A DNA stretch of 64,000 nt from Escherichia virus KFS-EC, in sequence record MH560358; one strand, written 5' to 3'. Shown piece by piece: positions 8,176 to 15,209 of this stretch. Below the pieces are notes generated by a model that saw nothing but the letters and a program-made list of their open reading frames with translations, did not search any database and was not told where the DNA came from. Position numbers and translations under genes: made by a program. Every line of letters starts with the position of its first letter. The first letter of the stretch is position 1.

Positions 8176-8379
8176 TTAACCGTATACGCGAAAGTATTCT
8201 ACTGATCCGTCGCTATACTGTTTTACATTGAATGTATTCACACCATGATTATTTCTCATGATGACATATACACTGCGACGTTCATCGCTAAACGGCATAA
8301 CTGGCGCTGGTTCAATATCAACACTAAAACCACGTTTAGCAAGTGCTTCGCCTAATTGCTTGAGTTTATCGGTAAACAT
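8176..8379 (-). CDS. hypothetical small protein (67 aa)
   Basis: ORF track. Confidence 0.35.
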   Translation of the reverse strand: MFTDKLKQLGEALAKRGFSVDIEPAPVMPFSDERRSVYVIMRNNHGVNTFNVKQYSDGSVEYFRVYG

Positions 8380-9257
8380 TAAAATTCTCCGTAGTTAACC
8401 TGAAAACATTCTACACCAATTGAGCGGTACATGTCAACCACTTGATCACGGTCATCTACCGCCAAAACAACATGATAACGCGGTGCAATTTCAGAGAAGA
8501 AGATCTCTTTCTTCACTTCATGATCAGGACGACGATCATTAGTTTCACGTTGAAAGTGATCACTAGGTTCAATACCCTGTTCACGCAACCATTGCAGAGT
8601 ATCTTCTTCGCAAACATCCTCACGCCCTGAGCATGTGATGATACGATAACCATTATCACGATACAGTTTAAGCATTTCGATCACTTGCGGACGCGGTTTA
8701 TCTTCTTTGACCTTTGTCCAGTCAAACGGATGACGACCGCCCTTATCCGCTAATGTCCCATCAATATCAAAGATCACTGCCTTTGGCAGCATGGTATTCG
8801 GTTTGTATACTTCTTGACCCATATATTCCTGCATCAGATAAAATTGGTTGCGCAAATGAGAAAGTGGGATTGCTTTCTCTCCGCGATAGAAATTACGTTT
8901 CTTTAGTGTCTCAAATGATTCATTGAACACTTGTTCAGTATACACCGCGTTAAATTCTTTTGCAAGTTCTTTGTAGAATACACGATGTTTTTCTTTCAGG
9001 TTAGTATCAGAGATAATGATACTTAATCCGCGTGATAGAGTCTCACGAGCAATCATTCTCTGAATAGACTCTACCAGCTTTTCTTTTTCCTTAGTATACT
9101 TGTATTTCAAATGTGAGTCAACACCAAACAACATAAGACGAAGGTCATCACGATTCACATTACGATAATTACTAAACCGGTTACATGTTTCCATAGCCCA
9201 TGTAGTTTTACCAGACCCAGAACAACCAACGGTTAAAATCACTTCACATTTCGGCAT
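8379..9257 (-). CDS. pseT: polynucleotide 5'-kinase/3'-phosphatase
   Basis: Walker A GCSGSGKTT plus HAD phosphatase motif DIDGTL; start at internal ATG with SD AAGGAG. Confidence 0.9.
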   Translation of the reverse strand: MPKCEVILTVGCSGSGKTTWAMETCNRFSNYRNVNRDDLRLMLFGVDSHLKYKYTKEKEKLVESIQRMIARETLSRGLSIIISDTNLKEKHRVFYKELAKEFNAVYTEQVFNESFETLKKRNFYRGEKAIPLSHLRNQFYLMQEYMGQEVYKPNTMLPKAVIFDIDGTLADKGGRHPFDWTKVKEDKPRPQVIEMLKLYRDNGYRIITCSGREDVCEEDTLQWLREQGIEPSDHFQRETNDRRPDHEVKKEIFFSEIAPRYHVVLAVDDRDQVVDMYRSIGVECFQVNYGEF

Positions 9258-9709
9258 TATTTCTCCTTCGGTTTGCACCGTTCCTCATTAAGTTCTTTGC
9301 GATAATAACACATGATCAACTTACTTTCAAGTGTATATCTCTTAATATCCGCAAGCCAGACTCTAAATTTTTGGGAGTCCTCCCACGACATAGAAACTCT
9401 AGGTTTACCGTCTATTGTATCCACTTTCAGGTCAATGTCAACTTTTTCTATTGGTGCTGGTAGTGAAGGATGTAATTTCGGTTCCTGTGAATAATGGTCC
9501 ATTGTACACGAAGAAAGCGCAAATACAATAGGCACAGCGAAGACGTGGATTATGGCGGTCTGGAAATTCTTATGTGCTTTCTTAAACATCCAGTGTATCA
9601 CGAAAATTGAAAACACCATCAGGATAATAATGCTTGCACCTATCCACAGATAATCAACCAGATTAAAATTGCTTATCTGCTCTTGTGTAGGCAATATTTC
9701 TATGCTCAT
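9257..9709 (-). CDS. membrane protein with lipobox-like FALSSC; possible spanin component
   Basis: Two hydrophobic segments; ATGA overlap with upstream gene; strong SD AAGGGAGG; sits next to pseT where T4 has its spanin genes. Confidence 0.4.
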   Translation of the reverse strand: MSIEILPTQEQISNFNLVDYLWIGASIIILMVFSIFVIHWMFKKAHKNFQTAIIHVFAVPIVFALSSCTMDHYSQEPKLHPSLPAPIEKVDIDLKVDTIDGKPRVSMSWEDSQKFRVWLADIKRYTLESKLIMCYYRKELNEERCKPKEK

Positions 9710-10029
9710 TTAGTAGCCTCCCTTAACTCTTCGGTAAACTCCTTAAATGAATCATTAAGCTGTTTCTCTACCAACTTGGGTTTTTGTGCTACTACATAGC
9801 CTCGTGTAGCGTCTTTCATTGCTTTGTTTTGTTCTTCTGCAAACTTAGTTCTTATTCCGTGCATCTCTTTTTGCAGCGAGTCTACAATCTTCATCTTCTC
9901 ATCGGTCTTTTTCTTATACTCTGTAAATTCCTGATTCAGTCGATCTACCTCCTTTTTATTTTCCCACCACATATTGCCACCTACCCCCAGCAATACAGAG
10001 ATGATAACAATGTATATCAGCTTTGACAT
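9706..10029 (-). CDS. type II membrane protein with coiled-coil, i-spanin-like
   Basis: Start at internal ATG (MSKLIYIVIISVLLGVGG...); N-terminal TM then charged helical region. Confidence 0.45.
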   Translation of the reverse strand: MSKLIYIVIISVLLGVGGNMWWENKKEVDRLNQEFTEYKKKTDEKMKIVDSLQKEMHGIRTKFAEEQNKAMKDATRGYVVAQKPKLVEKQLNDSFKEFTEELREATK

Positions 10030-10043
10030 ATTACCCCCAACGA

Positions 10044-10070
10044 CAAAAGGCGGGGAACTAGCCCCGCTTA
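10044..10070 (-). terminator. hairpin GCGGGGCTAGTTCCCCGC followed by short T-run
   Basis: Immediately downstream of rnlA stop on minus strand. Confidence 0.45.
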
Positions 10071-10073
10071 TTA

Positions 10074-11243
10074 TTACCAATCAATCTTATCAGCCGGAAT
10101 CAGTTTCTTATAATTCCGTAGATAGTAAGTTTTCATTGAATCCAGAATACGGTCATAATCAAGACCATCAAATGCAATCATCAGACACATGAAAATATAT
10201 GCTTGTGCATCACCATGTTTACGTGATTCGATAGTCGCATTTGATGCATATGTCTTTCTGTCTTCTCCCGCGTGTGCGTTATAAAATTCTGTTGCTGTCG
10301 TGAAGGCATTGCGAAGAATAGACCTGAATGCTTCCTCGAATAGCTCGATTCTTTCCAGTGCTTCCGGTTCGCCTTCATATGCAGCACGCAAATCATCGGT
10401 TTCGCTTTCTACGACATAGTAGATCAGGTTATTAGGAAACATCGATGTGTTTTTAATGTTATGCACACCAATATACCATTCACTCTTCACTTTGAACAGT
10501 TGACCGTCTTTAGTGCGTGCAACAATTCCTTCGATACCTTCTGCGGTCCGAACTTCGTCAAGAATATTGCTAAAACGCGCTGAATCAACCTGTAACGCAT
10601 TTACCAGATGAGGACGTAGGATTGCGTCAGCAAATAGCATTTGATGCGGTACGTACTCTCCTGTGACGTTATGACGTACATTCAGAAGTGTTAGCGACGG
10701 TTCAGAATATTCTACAACAATTCGGTTGCTGGGCGCTGTATATTCAAAGTTGAAAGTATAATCAGACCCAATATCAGCAATCTTAGCGCGTAGATCCGCA
10801 TACTTCTCTGAATACAGAAGACCGTTTGCTCTCTCTGCCTGGCTTGAGTACAAGGCCGCTTTAGACTTCAACTGAACATAGCCGTTATCAATGTAGGTGC
10901 TTACTAGACTACCGTCCATTTTGTCCATGACCATTTCCACATCTTCCGGCTTAAAGCGAGCGCGATCATTCTCGCCTAAATTAAAAAACTTCTCCATAGG
11001 ACGAGATGCAATGCGGACTGGTCGGTCTTTATCGTCAATTTCAAACATGATCCCGCGACACTCTAACGCATCTGGTTTATTCCACATTTCAGGTTTGCTC
11101 AAGTACAGATAGCTAAAAATGCGCATACGGGTTTGCATCGCCGTAATTTCATCTTTGTAATAGAACGTATCAGATCCGTCACATAGTGCCATCAGATTTT
11201 TGAACAATGCTAAAACTTTTTTGTTGTTTTCTTTTGTTGACAT
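10074..11243 (-). CDS. rnlA: RNA ligase 1
   Basis: Nucleotidyltransferase motif KMDGSLVSTY (KxDG); 389 aa. Confidence 0.8.
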   Translation of the reverse strand: MSTKENNKKVLALFKNLMALCDGSDTFYYKDEITAMQTRMRIFSYLYLSKPEMWNKPDALECRGIMFEIDDKDRPVRIASRPMEKFFNLGENDRARFKPEDVEMVMDKMDGSLVSTYIDNGYVQLKSKAALYSSQAERANGLLYSEKYADLRAKIADIGSDYTFNFEYTAPSNRIVVEYSEPSLTLLNVRHNVTGEYVPHQMLFADAILRPHLVNALQVDSARFSNILDEVRTAEGIEGIVARTKDGQLFKVKSEWYIGVHNIKNTSMFPNNLIYYVVESETDDLRAAYEGEPEALERIELFEEAFRSILRNAFTTATEFYNAHAGEDRKTYASNATIESRKHGDAQAYIFMCLMIAFDGLDYDRILDSMKTYYLRNYKKLIPADKIDW

Positions 11244-11640
11244 AATTTGTGTTCCATTCTGGTTTAAATTTGGTGATCAAAACAGGTTCTTCGATATCGG
11301 CAGTGCTTATAATATCCTTACCTGTTGGATTTTCTATGCACAACTCAAAGCACTGGCGGTAATAGAATGTTACTATCTTCCCTTCCTCTAGCGCCTTATG
11401 AATATTCTTACTCTTGCGAGTATCTGCCGTTGGTGTTTGTCTGTTAATGCTCGTCCGGTAATAATTGATCCGCTTTCTGAGATTGATAGTCTGACCAATG
11501 TATACCAGTTCATCATCAACCGCAATAGCATAAAGAACATTTAAACGGTTTTTCTGAGGAGGTAGAATCACATCACCATCTTTACACTCTAAACATGAAT
11601 ATTTAACGAATCCATAGTTTTCTATTAGCTCATTAATCAT
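11179..11640 (-). CDS. GIY-YIG-like small endonuclease domain protein
   Basis: VLYAIAVDDELVYIGQTINLRKRINYY matches the GIY...YIG...R pattern; 153 aa; 3' end overlaps rnlA start. Confidence 0.45.
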   Translation of the reverse strand: MINELIENYGFVKYSCLECKDGDVILPPQKNRLNVLYAIAVDDELVYIGQTINLRKRINYYRTSINRQTPTADTRKSKNIHKALEEGKIVTFYYRQCFELCIENPTGKDIISTADIEEPVLITKFKPEWNTNYVNKRKQQKSFSIVQKSDGTM

Positions 11641-11690
11641 TATCCTTTCCTCACGTCACAACAAAGGCGGGATTTCTCCCGCCCACCTTA

Positions 11691-12089
11691 TTAACTTTCC
11701 AGAATATCGCGAGCTTCGTTACGATCCTTGATGATTTTCAAGACAAATTCCAGTTTTTCTTTGTTCAGCGTTCCATTTTCCATTGCTTCTTTGACGGTAA
11801 ACACTCCGCCACCTTGCCCGTATACAGTGACAGTGATTTCACCTAACATCGTGGTATGAAAACCGCCAATTTTCGGTGATTCGAAAGAAACAATTACCTC
11901 GCGAACAGTATTACCGTCGTTGATTTCTGAGAGGGTAATGTCGTTTTTGTAGGCGGTTGCTTTAACCATACGGATCAGCATAGTCTGATCTGGGGAGATG
12001 GTCATTTTGTCCATTGTATGTTGCAATGCAGCGTAACCGAAAACTTTAACGAAGTCCAGAACGTCTTTGCGAGTTTGAAATTTAATCAT
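11691..12089 (-). CDS. hypothetical protein (132 aa)
   Basis: ORF track, ATG start after stem-loop promoter. Confidence 0.4.
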   Translation of the reverse strand: MIKFQTRKDVLDFVKVFGYAALQHTMDKMTISPDQTMLIRMVKATAYKNDITLSEINDGNTVREVIVSFESPKIGGFHTTMLGEITVTVYGQGGGVFTVKEAMENGTLNKEKLEFVLKIIKDRNEARDILES

Positions 12090-12122
12090 CTTGATACTCC
12101 TTAGTTGTTTTGGTATGGGAGT

Positions 12123-12151
12123 ATCTTACTACTCCCGTGATATGCTGTCAA
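12123..12151 (-). promoter_or_regulatory. sigma70-like promoter TTGACA-N17-TAAGAT; hairpin GGGAGTAGTAAGATACTCCC (12117-12136)
   Basis: Minus-strand motif upstream of gene 11691-12089; hairpin identical to the one at 1522-1541. Confidence 0.5.
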
Positions 12152-12159
12152 CTGCTTTT

Positions 12160-12309
12160 TTATGCAACCGCAAACATCAACATTTGAACATTCTTGGCTG
12201 TCTGGCTTTCAAAGTTCTGACATTCTTTGATAATGTCCTCTACTTTCTCGCCGGAGATCTCCGCGTAAGTTTCGATTGCCATTTTCAGTACCGCGTCAAA
12301 GTTGTTCAT
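12160..12309 (-). CDS. hypothetical small protein (49 aa), not in ORF track
   Basis: ATG at 12309 after GGAGAATCAAATG leader; TAA at 12160. Confidence 0.3.
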   Translation of the reverse strand: MNNFDAVLKMAIETYAEISGEKVEDIIKECQNFESQTAKNVQMLMFAVA

Positions 12310-12347
12310 TTGATTCTCCTTAAAGTGTATTTCGTTTCGATGGGGGT

Positions 12348-12376
12348 ATATTACTACCCCCGTTTCATGCTGTCAA
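12348..12376 (-). promoter_or_regulatory. sigma70-like promoter TTGACA-N17-TAATAT; hairpin GGGGGTAGTAATATACCCCC (12342-12361)
   Basis: Minus-strand motif upstream of gene 12160-12309. Confidence 0.5.
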
Positions 12377-12595
12377 CTACTTTTTAATGACAAGTTCGAA
12401 TTTTGCTACCTTGCGTCCTCGTTTATTGAAAGCAACCCACGGACGGTTTTCAATGTAGAACAATTCTTCGCCAATAATGAATACTGGCTGATTGTAAAGG
12501 CGACCCATCAGGTCACGCTGGCGAATGGTAGTAGATTCGTATACTTCGCCTACTACAAAGTGCTTGCTGATAGAGTCGGTGCAAGTAAATTTCAT
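12377..12595 (-). CDS. hypothetical protein (72 aa)
   Basis: ORF track, ATG start. Confidence 0.4.
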   Translation of the reverse strand: MKFTCTDSISKHFVVGEVYESTTIRQRDLMGRLYNQPVFIIGEELFYIENRPWVAFNKRGRKVAKFELVIKK

Positions 12596-12628
12596 TTTGA
12601 TTCTCCTTTGTTTCGTTTCGATGGGGGT

Positions 12629-12658
12629 ATATTACTACCCCCGTTATTCAGTGTCAAC
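12629..12658 (-). promoter_or_regulatory. sigma70-like promoter TTGACA-N18-TAATAT; hairpin GGGGGTAGTAATATACCCCC (12623-12642)
   Basis: Minus-strand motif upstream of gene 12377-12595; hairpin identical to 12342-12361. Confidence 0.5.
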
Positions 12659-12664
12659 TACTTT

Positions 12665-12883
12665 TTACTTGTTGTATTCATTCCACCATTGGGTTAGCTT
12701 ATCAATTATTTTTGTGTTTCTATCCAACTTCTCCCACCGTTTTCTAGGGTTTATCAACCGGAATAGGTAAGGTGTACTTGTTAAGTGAACTCGGTCAATG
12801 TAGTGATTGATGTACTGCTTTTCGATTCTAAGTTTCATCTTTTTACGATGAAAATATGCAATGACTTGTTCTTCTGTTTCCAT
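12665..12883 (-). CDS. hypothetical protein (72 aa)
   Basis: ORF track. Confidence 0.4.
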   Translation of the reverse strand: METEEQVIAYFHRKKMKLRIEKQYINHYIDRVHLTSTPYLFRLINPRKRWEKLDRNTKIIDKLTQWWNEYNK

Positions 12884-12905
12884 ATGTTCCTCCGTTTCGA
12901 TGTGT

Positions 12906-12934
12906 ATTATGCTATGGCAAGATCAGATTGTCAA
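12906..12934 (-). promoter_or_regulatory. sigma70-like promoter TTGACA-N17-CATAAT
   Basis: Minus-strand motif upstream of gene 12665-12883. Confidence 0.45.
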
Positions 12935-12944
12935 CACCCAATAA

Positions 12945-12969
12945 CAAAAAAGTCGCCACTATGGGCGAC
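12945..12969 (-). terminator. rho-independent terminator, hairpin GTCGCCCATAGTGGCGAC plus T6
   Basis: Directly downstream of the HAD-like gene stop on minus strand. Confidence 0.55.
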
Positions 12970-12981
12970 TTTGAACAAACA

Positions 12982-13458
12982 TTAATCATGACCGTGATTT
13001 GCAATATCCGCTCGCGTCTTATCTTTGTGATTTCCTACGTCAAAGACACGATAACCATTTTCACGCAAAACTTTAATCACTTCTGGGTTATCCTCAAAGA
13101 CTCCGACAACTTCATCTTTATCAAAGGATTTAATTACCTCTAATTTGATGTGATAGTCTTTACGGGAATCGGTACGGCCTCTCATAAAGATTTTATCAAA
13201 ACACACCCCGTTAGAAATTAACCAATCAATTGTTTCCATGTAAGCATGTGAACTTCGTCCGGTGAGGATGTAAATCAAATGCCCGTTGTCTGAAAGAGCA
13301 TTAATAACACGAATTACATCGTAAATGGGGGAATCTCCCCCACATGCCTTGTTATATTCGATCCATGACTCGACTTTATCAAGATTTTCGGTTGGCATCT
13401 TTGCTAGTCGATGTGTTGGATCTGTGATCGTAAAATCTAAATCGACAAAATATATCAT
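12982..13458 (-). CDS. HAD-superfamily hydrolase/phosphatase-like protein
   Basis: N-terminal FVDLDFTIT (DxD motif); 158 aa; ATGA overlap with nrdB. Confidence 0.5.
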   Translation of the reverse strand: MIYFVDLDFTITDPTHRLAKMPTENLDKVESWIEYNKACGGDSPIYDVIRVINALSDNGHLIYILTGRSSHAYMETIDWLISNGVCFDKIFMRGRTDSRKDYHIKLEVIKSFDKDEVVGVFEDNPEVIKVLRENGYRVFDVGNHKDKTRADIANHGHD

Positions 13459-14618
13459 AGATATTTCCCGAATCGGTTGTAGTCTTCGTCTGTTAAATCG
13501 GTATTAACCTGAGATACCAGATACATAATCTCTACTTCCTGCGCTGCATTCTGTACTTCGTCAGAGTTCAACCATTTACGCATCCACGGTAACGGATGAC
13601 GACGAACACTAAACGGGCTTTTCAGTCCGGCAGCACGCATACGGGAATCTGCCAGGTATTCTACATAGGTTTTCAGAATTTCCGGTGACAAGCCAGGAAT
13701 TGCCCCCATTGCGAATAAGTGATCTACCCATTCTTTTTCTTGCTCGACAACATCCAGAAAGATTTTCGTTGCTTCGCCTTCAAGTTCTTCCGCAATCTGT
13801 TTCCACTCATCACCATCAGCCCCCGTTTGCCATTGACGAATAATGTATTGTGTTCCTTTTAAGTGAAGTTGTTCATCACGCGCAATAAATTTCATGATCT
13901 TCGCGTTACCTTCCAGCAAACCACGTTCGGCAAAGCTGAAAGTACATGCAAAAGACACATAAAAACGGATTGCTTCCAGTGCATTAACGCAATGCATACA
14001 CAGATAGAGTGAGTCCATCAGATTGCGTTTAGTTTCTTCCACGTACGAAATGCTATCAGAATATGCATCAAGGTCAAATTCATTTTCAGAAGAACGACTA
14101 AAACTTTCTTTAGCGTCCTCGTATTCACGGATTTTCACCAGAACATCATCATAATATTGCCCGATAGATTCCGCTCGCTTCATGATAGCAGGGTTATCGA
14201 TGATCTGGTCGAACTCACTAGCCGGATCAATGAAACAGTTACGCATAATGTGTGTATAGCTTCGGCTATGAATCGTTTCGCTGAATGTCCATGTTTGCAA
14301 CCATGTATCGAGAGTTGGATCAGATACAATTGGACCAAATGCTGCGGACGGTGCGCGACCTTGAATAGAATCAAGTAATGTCTGATACTTCAAGTTTTCA
14401 GTAAAGAAACGCTTTTCAACGTCACCCATATTAAGATATTGAATGCGGTCGGTTGCAAGTGAAATTTCTTCTGGACGCCAGAAAAATGACAGAGATTTTT
14501 CAATTAATTCTTCAAATACTTGATGACGCTGAATATCATAGCGAGCGATACCCAACCCACTACCCAGAAACATCGGTTCGTTCATAATATCAACATGTTC
14601 GCGGTTAAATACGCTCAT
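13455..14618 (-). CDS. nrdB: ribonucleotide reductase small subunit (class Ia)
   Basis: 387 aa; adjacent to nrdA; continuous ORF. Confidence 0.9.
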   Translation of the reverse strand: MSVFNREHVDIMNEPMFLGSGLGIARYDIQRHQVFEELIEKSLSFFWRPEEISLATDRIQYLNMGDVEKRFFTENLKYQTLLDSIQGRAPSAAFGPIVSDPTLDTWLQTWTFSETIHSRSYTHIMRNCFIDPASEFDQIIDNPAIMKRAESIGQYYDDVLVKIREYEDAKESFSRSSENEFDLDAYSDSISYVEETKRNLMDSLYLCMHCVNALEAIRFYVSFACTFSFAERGLLEGNAKIMKFIARDEQLHLKGTQYIIRQWQTGADGDEWKQIAEELEGEATKIFLDVVEQEKEWVDHLFAMGAIPGLSPEILKTYVEYLADSRMRAAGLKSPFSVRRHPLPWMRKWLNSDEVQNAAQEVEIMYLVSQVNTDLTDEDYNRFGKYL

Positions 14619-14633
14619 TAATTCACCTCACTA

Positions 14634-14801
14634 TCACTTTTTAACACAAAAGAACTTAGTATTTCTGTTTATTTCGCTATCCTGCTGCAATTCCTGCACA
14701 GCTTCAAAACAATTTTGATGTGATGAAAACTCTACGCTGGTAACAGTTCCTTTATTATATACGCCTACGCTAACGGAAAGTAATAACCATATTGTAGCCA
14801 T
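14634..14801 (-). CDS. hypothetical small hydrophobic protein (55 aa), not in ORF track
   Basis: MATIWLLLSVSVGVY...; TAATG overlap with upstream paralog; stop 17 nt before nrdB ATG. Confidence 0.35.
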   Translation of the reverse strand: MATIWLLLSVSVGVYNKGTVTSVEFSSHQNCFEAVQELQQDSEINRNTKFFCVKK

Positions 14802-14974
14802 TAGTTCACCTTCTGCTTTTCAACACAGTACAGATTCATAAAGCGTTTATTGTCTTCGCGGATAACCTCGCGAGCTTTAACGCAATCCTGCTTTGTTGCA
14901 AACTCAATGCTTGACATATTTCCGTAATTATACATTGAATTGCTGATTGCAATCAATAACCATACAGTAGCCAT
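14801..14974 (-). CDS. hypothetical small hydrophobic protein (57 aa), not in ORF track
   Basis: MATVWLLIAISNSMY...; paralog of 14634-14801. Confidence 0.35.
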   Translation of the reverse strand: MATVWLLIAISNSMYNYGNMSSIEFATKQDCVKAREVIREDNKRFMNLYCVEKQKVN

Positions 14975-15141
14975 TATTCGACAACCTCAAAGCATTTATC
15001 ATCAGGAAGAATAGCCCATTCTACGCCATATTCATCCTCAACGTAGTAGCAAGCCCCATCATGTCGAGCATCATATTCATCACCGACAACAAAGCTATCA
15101 GCTAGCTCAAAATCTACAGCAACACATTTTAATTTGGTCAT
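14974..15141 (-). CDS. hypothetical small acidic protein (55 aa)
   Basis: ORF-track frame; start at internal ATG (MTKLKCVAV...) with SD GTGAGGA. Confidence 0.35.
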   Translation of the reverse strand: MTKLKCVAVDFELADSFVVGDEYDARHDGACYYVEDEYGVEWAILPDDKCFEVVE

Positions 15142-15172
15142 AATAAAATCCTCACTTGTTTTTGATGGTTGT

Positions 15173-15201
15173 ATTATAGCGGGGATTTCTCCCCGCGTCA
15201 A
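15173..15201 (-). promoter_or_regulatory. sigma70-like promoter TTGACG-N17-TATAAT with palindromic spacer CGGGGAGAAATCCCCG
   Basis: Just downstream of nrdA stop on minus strand, upstream of the small-gene trio and nrdB. Confidence 0.55.
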
Positions 15202-15209
15202 CACTTATT

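Noticed and set aside
12091-12387. Plus-strand 98-aa ORF spanning two promoter cassettes
   Set aside because: It translates through the stem-loop promoters and the small minus-strand gene; artefact of the AT-rich intergenic sequence.
13455-14618. Group I intron in nrdB as in T4
   Set aside because: nrdB is a single uninterrupted 387-aa ORF of normal length.
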